This document shows positions 13,296-27,100 of a stretch of 64,000 nt of DNA, piece after piece (position 1 is the stretch's first letter; each line of letters begins with the position of its first letter). The translations under genes and the position numbers were made by a program. This DNA comes from Camelus ferus (lineage: Eukaryota): contig NC_045697.1 of assembly GCF_009834535.1 (NCBI RefSeq), forward strand, positions 14,386,001-14,450,000, in the 5' to 3' direction. The notes below the pieces were generated by a model that saw only the letters and a program-made list of their open reading frames with translations, searched no databases and was not told the DNA's origin.

Positions 13296-13671
13296 TGTGT
13301 AGCTAGTATCTTGCATCTTTCTGCATCTTTTTTAATACATAGTTATGTGGCTCAAAACCCGAAACACTGCTGGGAGGAACAGAATAGGCCAACCACGACC
13401 ACTGCACTTGGATGGAACCCAAGCTGAGGCTGATTATGTAGGACCACACTAATAATAACTCTTTTTTGTTGAACTTCGTGTTTATTGCCTCCATTTATTT
13501 AAACAAAAACAGAAACAGAACAAAATAAAGACAAAACCCATGCAATGTAGTCATCATCATCCCAATTTGTAGAGATAAGGATGCACAGGCCACGGAATCT
13601 GCCTAAACGAGTAAGATTTGGGGTCTGAGGGACACCAGTGTTTGCGGTGTCTGCGCTCTGTCGGTGATTCT

Positions 13672-13850
13672 CAGAGCGTGGTTCCCAGCCAGGCAGCACC
13701 AGCGTCACGGGAACAGATGAGCAGGTGAATTCTCCACCCCAACTGCAGACCTACTAAATCATAATCTTTCAGGTTGGGACCCAGCAATCCATCTGCTTCA
13801 ACAAGCCCTTCGGGTGGTTCTGGGGCGCAGTAAAGGCCGAGGAACACAGT
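13672..13850. mobile_element. MER5A hAT-Charlie element
   Basis: gtggttccc...gcagcaccagcgtcac...cagacctactaaatca...gggacccagcaatc...aacaagcccttcgggtggttct. Confidence 0.8.
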
Positions 13851-14569
13851 GTTACATTCTCCATTTCTATCAGCTGCCTACGTTTGAAAACTCAGTCAGC
13901 GTGTGGTAAGTGAAATAAAGATGTGGGGATGACTCAGTGGGTGAGACAGGGCGAGCGGCTGAGAAACCCTCTCTCCCCTTCTTCCTCTTCTCCCATTTCC
14001 CGTTTATATTAACAGTCTATGTGGGAGAAATGTTGTCAGAGACATAACACTGGAAAAAGACTGGGCGGCTCCGGGAAGCTTTACTTGAAGGGGTGCCTTG
14101 CCAAGTTCAACTAATTTCACGTAAGTGTGACTTTCTTGTAAGATGTTGATGAATAGTTTATCCATTTAATCAAAATATGGAGAGTTTTAAAAGGTTTCAT
14201 TAAAGATGAATATCTCAATTGGTTGCCTGAAAATGATTTTTTGATCTTAAGGGCTTGAGATAATTGGTGTTCAGGAAACCAAGGGTGGTTGGTTTGCTTT
14301 CTTCGATGCTAAGCGGGTTCAGATTGCTGTCATCCTGTAAAATAAGGGCACTGCTGCCCTGCTCTAGGGCCTTTCTTGCTATATTTTAGGGCATATTTAT
14401 TAGAGTGGTACATTGACTACAGGAAAATCAATAAAAATTAAAGGGCCACTCTTGTTTTATTTATCAGAGACATTGATTAATATTTTCTGAGCAAACTGTA
14501 AAGTCATTTCATTTAAAGAAGTATATAAAATATGCTTTGGGCACATTCGGTTCTGATGGAAATTTATCT

Positions 14570-14820
14570 CATGGGATGGGGTAGAATAAGAATGCAGAGA
14601 GAAGAGAAAAAAATAGGGAAAGGAAGGCAGGGGAAGAAGCGAAAGACTAGAACTGACAAGGAGAAGAGACAAAGGAAGTAAAGGAAGAGGGAGAGGATGG
14701 AGGAACGAAGAAATAGACAAGAGGTCAAAAGGGTGGGAAAGGGGTTGGGAAAAGAGAGGGAAAACAAGCAAAGGAAGAAAAGAGGACAAGTAGGAAAAGG
14801 GGAAAAAAAAAAATCAAACA
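14570..14820 (+). repeat. Purine-rich (G/A) low-complexity tract
   Basis: About 250 bp that is mostly A/G on the + strand. Confidence 0.85.
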
Positions 14821-16513
14821 AAGCCATGAATGCAGATTTTGGAGCCTGGGCAATTTGTCACGAAGTGCTGCTTGTGGAAGACAGGCTGCAGAGATGCTGG
14901 CCCCGAGGGTTAAGGATGGTGGTGATCATTACTCCAGTTTGCAACAAATGGCATGAAAGGCAGCTGGACCCCAAGTGGAGAGACCTACAGTGAAGGCAGT
15001 GGAGGGACAATATAGCAACAGCGGAGGAGCGCAGGGATGCTAAGAGGTTGGTTAAGTTCTTCGTTCGACAGCTGTTTTGTATCTGATGCGTAATCCAGTG
15101 TTACACAGGAAAAGGTCTGCTTATTACAAGATCTCTGAACCAGAGCAAGGAAGTTTGGGTGTTCCCAGGAATGCGCTGGAAGTTCTCTTCCATGATGAGC
15201 CTTCTCCTAGCACTTACTTTCAGCCAAAACTTGGTCTTTTTCACCTCTTCTCCCTTCCCGTCCTCACTGCTCAGTGGTTTGCTGCTGTTGGTGGTCAGGG
15301 CAGCTACTTCACTGTAAGTGCTTCCCCCTCTGCAGCCTGCAAACTGCTGCACCTATGGCTTAACTAATAATTTTCTGGCCTAATATTCAAAGTCCCTTTC
15401 TCTTTATTCTTGTTTATTTGTGTTATCTTGGTTGATGACACATCACGATGTATGATGCGAGATGGTAAGCACCCATCTCCCTTATATCGCCTCCCTCCCC
15501 ATCCAGTCCACCCCTACAAAGGCCTGGGTGTCAGCAGAGGACCAGGCTTCAGAGGAGCAATGGAAGGAAAAATTTTGGAAGCCCAGGTAAGGGGAGTGGT
15601 GAGGAGCAGAGATGGGATAGAGAGAGGCCCCATGGAGTCAGAGAGATGGTGGAAGTTTTTGTGCAGTATGCATGCCAGAACCCTATAAAAAATATTCTGA
15701 AAAGGCAACTAGAGTTACAATTCTCTGAGTAAAGTTTTTTTGTGGATACCAAAAGATGAGTTTCTCATCTGCATGAGGTTGGACAGAGGTAGCAACCAAG
15801 GTGGACAGATTTGAAGAGGCTGGAGTCAGCAGAAATCTTTGGACACCATAGACTTCTACAGGCCATGGAATTGGGGCTGGAAGGAGGGGGATCTGAGGAG
15901 GAATCAAAGCAATTTCATTTGGCTCTCAAGGACTACCTATAGTATATGTAACCATGGTTTACATATATGTAAGAATACAATACCTCTGGGGATGTGTATG
16001 CCATTTAAAATATGACTATTTAATACTTTCAAGGATAAATTACTTTTAAATAAATTCATGACAGTAAGCATTTTCTCCCCATTTGGACTGTAAGCTCCAG
16101 CAGAAGCTTATCTTCTCCGGCTTTTGAATGCCCTGTAGTACATAGCTTAATACTGAGCACACACCAAGGAGTCAATAAGAGTGTGTGCCTGGTGGTGCCC
16201 AGCCCACCCCTTGTCCCCCACCGTCACCCTCTGGTGTGCAAGGACTATCACTCCTTTTGAAGGTGATCCACTTGGGAAGGTGCATGATAGGTGCACCTGG
16301 ATCACAGAGAATGGAGAGCAGGGACTGCCTACGGACCTGTCACTCAGAGCCAGTGGTGACATGGTTTTTCATTAACTATCAAACTTCCATAAATTGGACT
16401 TTTCTCCAATGATCAGAATGGAGTCCCTTGATGGGCCCCGATCTATAGCCAAGACTCAAGTCAAGCACCAGACTACAGTTCACAGAGGAAGAGACAATAG
16501 GAGCTTATTGGAA

Positions 16514-16521
16514 TGACGTCA
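16514..16521. promoter_or_regulatory. Full CRE palindrome TGACGTCA (candidate)
   Basis: Exact motif, about 280 bp downstream of exon 3. Function not shown. Confidence 0.3.
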
Positions 16522-16800
16522 ATGTAGCTGAAAAAGAAAAAGAATTCCCACTAGGAACTGAGTAAACCTTCCTTCTGTCCCCATCATTACTTAGCGCACG
16601 CCTACACTGTATGAGCAACGGTGCGCCCAAGTGAATCGAAGTCCAAGTGGATATCGACACTGCTCCCATCTAGGGAAGAGGGGTGCGAAGGGGACTCATG
16701 CTGAGGCTCTCACGGAACTGCACTGTTTCCCTTTTCCCCCTCACTTCTCAGTGCTCCTCTGAGAACTGTGTGAAGGTAAAATCAAAAAGAAAGTTCTTAC

Positions 16801-16925
16801 ATTCTTAAATCCTCTGTAAAGAATCTGGAGCTCCTTCTTGGTGAATTTGCTCTGGGCTTCCAGCAGCTCGAGAGCCTCGGGCCGATGCCTGACGGTGGCC
16901 ATCTCCAGTTCATCTTCCACGCTGT
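16801..16925 (-). CDS. KCNIP4: KCNIP4 exon 3 (125 nt, phase 1 to phase 0): (N/D)[41 protein letters not shown]
   Basis: Acceptor ctttgccttccctccgcag|ACAGC, donor TTTAAGAAT|gtaaga. The translation matches the KChIP4 core start as I recall it. Not in the supplied ORF track. Confidence 0.98.
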
Positions 16926-19900
16926 CTGCGGAGGGAAGGCAAAGTCTTAAGGACAGTCACCACTCACCAATCCAGATACACAGTAACACAGAAAACGGAA
17001 GGGAATGTTTACTGAAGGCCTGTGCTTTCTCCAGAGGAAGGATTCTCACACTGCCAATAACAGTCTTTACATTTCCCAGAGTTTACAGTATTAAGCTAAT
17101 TCTACATAATATTTTTTCATATGCTCTAGTCTTAGACATTAACCATATGAACATTTTACAGTACAGTTTGAAAGCATAAAAATCATGAACAATCTTAAAA
17201 CCTCAAATGTGTGTATGTATCAAGGACTAGTTATAAAAGTGGAATTTTAGTTTAATTGTGATCAGTATCACTCTTGTATCACGCACCTATGAGATAGGAC
17301 TCCTCTAATACACTCTAGAGATTCCACTGAAATCAAATCTTTCACCTGGAGCTACAAATAAAGCAATCACACCAGGTGCTGAAATGCCTGAAGTCATCGG
17401 CTGCCCGTTCGGCATAAATCCAGGCTTCAGGGGTGCACATCGCATGGACTGGGGCCTGAAGGGACTTCCGGATAGAACCTATTTTGCAGGTAAGGGAATC
17501 CACAACTACGGATAAATGCTAAAATATTGTACTTGCTTTGTGAATTATATTTATGCTATAATTTCTCAAAGATGCTCTATGCAAAAAAAATAAAAATAAA
17601 AAAGAATTTTGTGTCCATGTAAATTTGAGAAATACTGAGAGTTCAATGTAGTTTGGGAGCAAAACACTGGAATATAAAGGTTTTGACAGGATTTGCAACA
17701 AAGAATTCTGTCCAACCTAACTGGCCCCAAAGGAGATTTGTCCACAGAACCCTTTCTCCCCAGAAGTAACATCAGGTAACATCTTCATATATGCCCCAGG
17801 GCCCTGCAGAATGCAGCTTGGGATGTATTGGGATATATGAGGTTCTGGGTGCCCAGATCTCAAAGAACAGCATCCTTAAGCTGCTTTTGTAATTTCAGCT
17901 GCTAATTTCAGCTGCTTTGCACGGGGACCCAATGGAGGCCTAAGGGAATCTTCCTGCCACAGTCCAGTCCACACTTCAGCCAAGGAACTTATCAGGAACA
18001 GAAACATCCAGGCTCAGTACTAAAACCTTGGCTTCCCTCCACTACATCCCAACTCAGATGGGTGAGACTCATGAGAACATCTTCTCATCGACTCTGGCCC
18101 CAGGGTCATGCACTCTCCATTCCACGTCTCAGATGTCAGTGGAAATGTAGTCTTTTTGGACCACAAAAGTCACATCCTTTTTGATATTTAATAATGCTGC
18201 CTCTCGCTAACATCGGTACCTACTTACTGCCCTGACACACTGAGTGCAGGGAGGGGCCCGAGCGCTGGCTTTGCAGAGAAGAAAGGTCAGTGGAATCCTG
18301 ATTTCGGTGTGTCTTAATTCCCTCAGGAGTTTATAAAAGACCACTAATGACGATGAAATAAATACTGGGAAAGGTTGTATTTGTCAAAGTGAGGAAGAGG
18401 ATATAAAAGCAAACATTTGTTTTGTACTTTGTCGCTTTTATCCTTGTCAGCTCTGAGCTCATCCTTGGCCTGCCCGTCTTCTCATGGCCCTTTTATTTTT
18501 TGTTCACTGGAATGAATGGGTTGACTCTATTCAATGGGTCCTGAGCTTGAGAGGATGAAGGAAAATGGCGTCCCTAAGATTTCTGTCGATCCAGTGCACT
18601 GGGCTGTGTTGAAGTTATTTGTTGTAGTTGCTGGTGCAGAAATAAATGCCATGGGGCTGACCTGATAGAAATAGACTACGATGGAGGGAAAGACTACTTT
18701 CTTGCAGAGCATCTTGATTGAGCTTCTTTTTGAATCAGTTACAGTATAATTTCCTCAACTTAAAATATTCTCTTTCCTTTTTTCCTCTTGTTGAAATACA
18801 CCTGTCTTTTATGATCTGATTCAAATACTCCTGCCTTCTGTCTGAAGCCTTTCCAGTTGCCCCACCATACAGAGCTACTGATGGGCCCCCAGTCAGAGTT
18901 CTCACACCCCCCTACTTCTCAGCTAGCCTGTAAATCATTAATTATGTTATGATCTGTTCAGGCCTGTCTTCCCCATTGTGAGTTCCATGAAGATGGGCAA
19001 AGTCCTACAGGTCTGTACGTCCTGTGGACCTAACATAGTGCCTCATACCCCACAGTTGCTCAAGAATTAACTGGGGAATGAATGAAGACATGAGTCAATA
19101 AACAAGCAACGTTGCTGCCGAAGTCCCCCTGCCTCTGGAGCCCCGGAAACCTTAGCTGCAGAATAGAAAATTATTTCTCAAACTGAGGTTTGTGGACCAT
19201 TGATGGACCTTGAATAATGCCGTCTTTGGTATCACAGTGTTCTCTATGCCTTGTTTCGAGAAACACAGCATAGACAAAAGTAAAGGGAATTTTAGTGAGA
19301 TTTTCTGAGCATTTTTTCAATCACAGCATAACCTCCACTAGACCTAATGACCCGTCCACTGCTAAGAAACAAAACAGCATCTGAATTGCTCAGCCTTTGT
19401 AACCACACAGCAGCCTGAACCTACCAACCCAGTTTCCCCCTCCAACTACTGCAGACTTGCAGACGCTAAGACTGAGACAAAAGACCCAGGGCCGGAGGGT
19501 CAGTGTGATTGTATCAAGAATGTGCGATAGGATGAGCATCACATGCGATTTTCAAAGCACCATCCTTCAAGTGTCTGCCTGGGGACTCTCTTGTTTTCCT
19601 AGCTGACTGGTATCTTACTTCTTAATGATTCCTACCTTTCCAAGGGCTGTTTCTATTTCTAGAAGGCTGACAAGCTCTAAAAACATACCTGAAATCATCA
19701 GCAATCACCAGCATATAAGTTTAAAAAAGAAACACCACCTAACGCAATCAGGACTCCGATCCTGGAGGGAAAGCCTGAGAGCACAGCAGGATTCTGCAGA
19801 GGATGCGAAATTCATGATGGGACTCTGCCACCACTTAAAAGTGTGCACTTTGGGGTGTTTTTTTTTTCTTTTAATACAGTGCTTAACATTTATTAAATTC

Positions 19901-20285
19901 CTGCAATATGCCAGGAGATAGGCTGGGTGCACTACTGATATAATTCTAATCCTCACAATAAATCTACAATGAGACGTAATTGTCCATTTTTTTCATATAT
20001 GGATACTGAGTATCTTACAGAGGTGAAGGAATGAGTGGCCAGGTGTCACATAGCGGAGAAAACAGAGGCTGAATTTATACTCGAGTCTTTGATGCCAAAC
20101 TTCATGTGTTTTCCTACTCTGCCAAACTCTCAGTACTAACAGAAATAACAAAGATTGAAAATAACATTTTTATCTCCTCTCTTCTCTTGCACTGTCAAAC
20201 GTCTCAGAGAAGCTGACTATATCTGCTGGGTCCATTTCCTACCTCCTGTTCTCTTTTTAATCTACTGCAATCTGACTTCTGGCCT

Positions 20286-20668
20286 TGTTATAAGTTGAAT
20301 TATGTCCCCCTAAAATTTTTTTGTTGAAGGCCTAACTCCCAATATGACTGAATTTGGAGATGTGACCTTTAAGAAGACAATTAAAGTTAAATAAGGTTGT
20401 AAGGGTGGGATCCTAATCCAATACAAATGGTGTCTTTATAAGAAGATAGAGAGGCCCCTGGGACACACAGGGGCAGAGGAGAGGCCATGTGAGGACACCG
20501 CAAGAAGGCAATCATCTGCAAACCAAGGAAAGAGGTCTTATGAGAAACCAACTCAGACGGAACCCTGAGCTTGGACTTCCAGCCTCCAGAATTGTGAGAA
20601 ATAAATTTCTATTGTTTCAGCCATCCAGTCTGTGGCATTTTTTATGGCAGCCTGAGCTGACTAATCCT
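20286..20668 (+). mobile_element. MLT1A/B-type MaLR solo LTR
   Basis: tgttataagttgaattatgtcccc...ggagatgtgacctttaagaag...ttggacttccagcctccagaattgtgagaaataaatttctattgttt...gctgactaat. Confidence 0.88.
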
Positions 20669-20989
20669 TGCACCTATATTCAAAAGACATGTAACACCAG
20701 TAAAAGCAGGTCTCGCTATTCACAGTTGGCCCAGCGAGCGCTGAGAAGCCTGCTAGCCAATCACATCCTTTCATCTTCACAATGCCTTTCAAGACAGCGG
20801 TTATCATCCCCTTTCAAAGATGAGAAAACTGAGACTTGGAGAATCCAAGTAACTTGTTCAAGCTCAGATGACTAGTTAGTAATGAAGCAGGCAGCTCTCT
20901 CTGGCACCCTAAAACCCAACTTTCTAAACATCCTGCTGAAATTGTTAATAAAACCCTCCACCCTCTACAGAGATTTTGCTCTAAGCCTG

Positions 20990-21185
20990 ACTGTATATTA
21001 TCTCATTCTAATACTGACAAAAATCCTGTGAGATATGTATTATTGCCTTTATTTTACAAGGAATAAACTGGGACTCACGGAGTGTAAATAACTTACTCAA
21101 GGTCACAAAGCTAGTAAGTGACAGAGCTGGAATTTGATTTCTGGTTTTTTAATATCAAAAATCATGAGCTTAATCAATAGGATGT
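20990..21185 (-). mobile_element. MIR SINE
   Basis: aatcctgtgagatatgtattattgcctttattttacaagga...aacttactcaaggtcacaaagctagtaagtgacagagctggaattt. This is one of many MIR copies; most are not listed. Confidence 0.85.
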
Positions 21186-24100
21186 TTTAAGAGATTTGGG
21201 AGACAAAATATTTTAAATCACAAACCAGGCAGCCATTGAATACCCCCCTGCTCTGGAGAAATGTGCCTGGGGGCTTTGAGATCGCTATGGTGGCGGTCAA
21301 CGAGGTACTGATTAGAAATATGCAGAATAAGGTTTGGAAGTGATGGGTTCACAGAGCTGGAGAGAACACGAAAGGTTGCTGGAGTTGTTGGCTTTTCTGC
21401 CTTTCACCACTGAGAAATTTGGGTTCCTCAAGGCTAAGTAGGATTAAAAACAGAACCAGGTGGCACTCTGACCTCCTGGATCATCTTCAGGGCTCTGTCC
21501 ACATGCAACTAACTATGCAGGTGTCCTGCTCCTGGAATAGCACTGCTCATCCAATGCTACTTTTTTTGGCATTCTGAGACAAACTAAATACAACTAGTAT
21601 TTTAATTCATGTGTCTTCTAACAGATTTCATTTTAATCAGATGACAAATTGCAAAACCCAGACACCCTTGAGCTTCCTGACTGTCTCTTTTTATTCTTTG
21701 TTCCTTAGATCTCAGTCTCTCAGGGCCAAGGATGTCCTCTGTCTGAGTCAACAGTCCCCTCAGGCCATGACACAGTTGGGCTAGAAATTGGAATTCAAAT
21801 CACCTGGGAATGACAGAATGCGTTTTAAAAATAGGCACCTTTCTCTCACATCTCCCAACTTCTCTTAAAATACAGTAGAAGCTTATTACAGCCTAACTCA
21901 AAATAATGCAAATTGAACTCTGTCTGAGGTCAAATCATATCCCCTAGAACAGAAGTGCAGAACACCTTGCTTTACACAGATGAGAGTGAGGCCTGCCTTC
22001 CTAAGACGCAAACTTGGAAACAAGGCCTGTAATACTGCAATACAACTGTTTTCTGAAGAATACTGTCACTCTTTTCAGGAAGCGGGTTCAGAGATGAGTC
22101 CCTGCCTTATCATAGCAGGGGACATTGTGAGACTGCAGCCACGTTCTTCTGCCTGGGGCCTGCCAGACTACTGGCTAGCTCGGCCCAACAGCATTGAATT
22201 TGGCACACTAAATGTGCTCAATTAAAAAAGATGTGAAATCAGTGACTAACTAATGGAAGCATCCCCGTCGTCTTGGGTCTGTCTACAAGTGGTCCATGTC
22301 TCAGTACAGCGTGATCGTTCTTTAAAAATATTATACATTTTCTTCATAAAAAATCATAAATCCTATGACTTAAAAATTCTGTTGGAGCTGAAATTGATTT
22401 GTCTAGCCAAAGATTCAGCTGGCTTGACTTATATTGCTTTATCTCATTTATAAAAATACTTTCTGTGTCTTGACTTCTAATGTTTACCCCAAATTCAGTT
22501 GGATTACTAGTGACTTGATCTGCATGGCAATAACATCACGATGAGGATGATTACCTTCTAATGACACACATGGTTAAATATGTAGAAGCTTAGCCCAGTG
22601 ACAGGTATTAGAAGAGGAGCTGACAAATTTTGCTCCAGGTTTTAGCTTTACACTAAGTGATGATGGAAGACTCTCGGCTATAGTGTTGGAAATTACTCCT
22701 GAGAACTTCTGCAACAAGGAGGAGATGCTACTGTCTGTTTAATACTTAAGTGTAACACATCATGACAAAGATAAAGCTGCCTGGAAGGAGATTTCCAAAG
22801 CTATTTTTCATGACACCTATGGAATTTCTTCTTCCCCTTTCCTTCTCTTTTCTGAAAGCTTGGACAGGCCTGGCTAAGACACCATCTACTCAGAAAACTC
22901 TGTTTCTTAGTCCCACCCTTCCCGATGCTCAAAGTGGTTGGAATTATAACCAGCTGAGGAAACTGGTTTTTAGGGTTAAGGAATTTGCTCAAGTTTGCAC
23001 AACTGCACAGTGGATCATGGGGGAGCCGGGAGCTGACACCAACCTGTCTTCCTTCTTGGTTTATCATTTGACTTCTCTGGGTGGAGAGTTGAAACTTGGG
23101 CCAAGCCCTGCAAGCAACTTTTCAAATTTTGCCAAATTTAAATGTTCAGTCCAAGAATGCGAAGTCCTGGGAGCCCTGTTGACGCCTCCTGTCTTCACAA
23201 CCACCCACCCACCCACCCGTCCACCAGGAGCTGTTCTCAGGTGCACAAGGAGAGTATGTGAACTATTAACTCCAAGTTGATCACGCACAGCCCACGAACA
23301 GAAAGCAGTCAACCCATCTGAAGCCTTGCGGGAGTCCCAGCTCTTCCCAGACCACTCTGAACCACTGGAGCCTCCAAATGTTTGTTAGTCAGACGTCTTT
23401 CTTCAACTCTGGCCCTGAAATCATGTTAGGACCCCAAAGCCCTTTATTGGTAGTACTTTATCCTATTTATTGTACATATAGCAGCAGGAAAATGAAAAGT
23501 ACCTTGAAAACGGACAATTACTTTGAATGTCTTCTGTTAGAGGTGGTTGTTGGCAATGACAGTGCAATTTCCATTCCAGGAGAACTTGAATTGCTTTGCA
23601 ATTTCATGATTGAATTCAATCACTTATAAAACATAACTACTCAGAGAAAAATTGCTGAAGCTATTTCTCGCACCACTTGTGAGTAGATTGTCTCTGCCTT
23701 ATTTATAAACATAAATAACTCTTCACACAAGCTGAGATTTTAAAATATAATCACCTAATTGGAATGCTTGTTGTTAGCATGAACTATATTATTACTACAG
23801 CAAGCCATGAATAGCCTCTTATGATAGAAGCTATTATTTCATACGTGGTAGGGTATAGCTTGCTTTTCGGTAAATGAGGGAAATAAAAATTAAATTGCCG
23901 GCCATTAAACACAAAGAGAAAATCTATAATAGAAATGCCAGGGTAAGGGGAGAAGGAACAAGGAATATGATCGAACTTTCACATAAAGGCAGACCAAAAA
24001 GGTTGACATTCTAGTCAGGAAAGTCAACGGCTGAGAAGGACAATGATCAAAGAGAAGATAAAAAAGCAGTGAAACATGGACAGAGATGAAGATAGCCGGT

Positions 24101-27100
24101 CATAGCTGATGCAATTCCAAATGTTCTAACAAGAGTTTTTCTTGAACTTCGATAGACTGTCTCCTGTTTGCCCTAAAAATCTAATATAATAGCAAGCCAC
24201 TTTCTATAGCATTTGTTCTATGCAAGCACTTCACATACACTAACTGGTAAAATCCCGACTCGTGTCCTGTGGATGCTCTGTCTTGTTCTGTGGGTGCAGA
24301 TGCTGGCACAGAGAGATTAAGTGACTTCCCCGTGGTCGGTCACAAAGCAGCAAAGCCAGGGTATGAACTCTGGGAAGTCTGGTTCCTGGGTTTACGAAAT
24401 TAACTGTTCTCCTGTTCTGTCTCCCATAGAAAATAAGGGAGAATGATGGCCCAAAATGTCCAAAAATGATAGACCCAACCAAGAAGCCAAAAATTAGTAG
24501 CAAAATGTCCTTTATCAGTAAGAGTGTCCCTACCCTCATGGCATTCACATTTTAATAAGCTTCTGACTCCACACTGGGAGCAGGTGGGCCGGGGGAGGAG
24601 GGACGCACACTAGGAGTAGCCAATGAGCCGCAGGACTAGCACCTGACGTCTGCTGGTCGCCCCTTGTAGTAAACAAAGTTACTTTCACGTTTGTTATTAG
24701 AGCTAACCATCACGATCACTCTGTGATCAGACACTGTCACCTTGCTTTTACAGACCAGGAAATCCGTGTTGGAAGGGAGGCTGTAAATTACGAAGGACAA
24801 ATAAATAGGAAGATACAGATTTAGGACTTAAACCCAAGTTCACTGACTGTAAAGTCTAGAAGTGATGGCTGATTACCTGAGAACAAAGGAGGGAACATAA
24901 AGCTGAAAAGGAGCAGAAGCGTACTACAGCAAATTAATAATAACAATAAAAGAGCCAGTGACCAAATGTCGCTCTTTAATCTTTAAGGGAGAAGCTTTCA
25001 TCATTTTACTTTGCTTCAGATGTTAACACAGAGGTGATACATTTCTAAAAGATTCTTAATTTTAAAGTGTTACATCTAAAGTCTATTGTAAAGGAATAAA
25101 CATTTGGAACCTTTATTTACGCTAAATACAATGCCTGATTCATAAGATATCACCACATTATGTGTTGCTTTAGAAGGTGGACAGTAAATAAATAGAATCC
25201 ATTACCTAGGGAATTAAAAATAATCTGTGTGAATTTAGTGATAATAAATTCTTGGTGGTATATTGGGAGGGGGGTGTTTTTGAGCTAAAAGCAGAGATGG
25301 AGTAATATTCTGCTGTGGAACATTTATCCATCCTGACCATGTTTAAAACAGGGTATTAGGAAAACTGAGCAGTGATCTGGGTTTTGTTATGTTCCTTCTG
25401 GGTTTAAGCTACTTTCTTGGTTCAGGGAAAGTTAGATTGCATTGTCCAAATGTCAGTTGGACATCTATTGTGTGACTAGGATAAGTCAGTAAAACGTTCT
25501 CTGCCTGTGTGCTCCCTATGTTCACTGCTATAAAAATGAGTATGAAATTGTACCCAGTATTGTGGCATAGGGTGACTGGGCATGAAATGAGATGGCACGT
25601 GTCTGGCATGTAGTAAACACTCAATCATAGTGTTATGGTCATTATTTGTACCAGTATTAACTACAGTATTGTCTACTGTCACTCTTAACATGATAAAGCA
25701 GAACAGTGCCTAGAATCACTCATTCCAGGAAATTATTCAGTATCTCCATTTTTTTTTTCTGGGTCTATGTCCCAGTTCTGACACTGGACAATGGGTTTTA
25801 CCTCACCAAAGCTTTAATTTAAACATCTCTAACTAGAGATAATATTTGTTTCAAGTTCATAAAATTGTTTTGAGAGATTGCTTGAATCACTTACTGATAT
25901 GCAGTAATCGATCAGTAAAAGACAACACTTATGGTTATGAATGGTCATTTCATGCTTCCTAGCAAGGCTTTGTTCTAGAATCTTCAGGAGTAGGGCTCTG
26001 TCACTACCTTTCTGGAGTTTGAATTCCTTTTCTGATGCTTGTATAGCCTTAGGCAAGGTGTTTAGTCACTCCCTGCCTCAGTTCAAGTCACTGGAAACCT
26101 CAAATCCTCAGTCCTCTCAGCTGTGAAATGGAGATAATAATAGCATTCTAACAAAAACTCTGAAGATTAAGTGGAATAAGGTCTGGCGCATCACAAAAAC
26201 CCACAGTGCATGCTTTCTGCCACGAGGATGATGATGGTCTTGCCATCTATCCCTCTAACACTGGCTCACCTAAAGCATGAGTTAATTTTACACTGACATT
26301 GAGATGAATTAAGTGTGATTTTTATTACCTCCAAGAACACTTACTGGAGAATATGTCTACCTCCAAGCAGATTCAGAGAACACTACAAGCTACTTGGAAC
26401 TGTTCTACCCAAGTCTCCAATGAGAGTGTTTTGCAGAAAGATGAAAGCTTCCTCTTTCAGTTCATCTCTAGAACTTGTCTACCTGTTTTTCTTTCTTTCT
26501 TTTTTTTTTTTTTTCTTTTCTGAAAGCTTGCAAGCAGAGATGGGTCAGTGCTTCTAAAAACAAACAAATACAAAACAAAACAAAACTTTTGCCCATCACA
26601 CTTGCTGCTCTATAGTATCCCCTGGCAAGAAGGCAATTTGCAACTAAGAAAGTTAAACTTTAACCTTGCAATCTAAGCAGATAACATAGCAATGCTCTGT
26701 ATTTTATAGACCTGGTGGAGTGTAAAATTAAGTCTGCTTGAAGCGTTAGGTTCCCATTTCAGTGTCTACAGGAAACCAACAGAAACCAGCACTGTGTGCA
26801 TTACTTCAAGGTCAACGCAAATGGAAAATAGGTATTTATGACTCCTATTAGAAATGGCATGAGTGACCAATCATAAAATCATTAATAAAAAAAGAAAACT
26901 TTTGTTTGTCTAAATTTTGATGTAGTCTTATAAGTAGTCGTCACTCTACCCTCTTTTGTCCCAAATTAACAGTAAAGAAAATAGTGGAAAAATCAAATGA
27001 GAAACAAAAGATTTCATCACACAGGTAACCTGAAAAAAACACATCCACAATAAAGCTTTTCTCAAGAATGGCTCGTTTTCTTTGGACACTTTAAGCGAAT

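Noticed and set aside
14457..14993. Three overlapping ORFs
   Set aside because: Products of a purine-rich low-complexity tract.
15490..15940. Ancient Gypsy-like LTR relic
   Set aside because: Only a general resemblance; no termini or TSD identified.
16962..16970. Donor-like TTG|GTGAGT just upstream of exon 3
   Set aside because: It would define a 42-nt intron to the exon 3 acceptor, too short for normal mammalian splicing. At most a decoy site.
16838..17179. 113-aa plus-strand ORF
   Set aside because: Antisense shadow of exon 3 plus intron; no ATG start.
22762..23280. 172-aa plus-strand ORF
   Set aside because: Runs through a MIR-like core (cagctgaggaaactgg...gttaaggaatttgctcaag) and has no recognisable domain.
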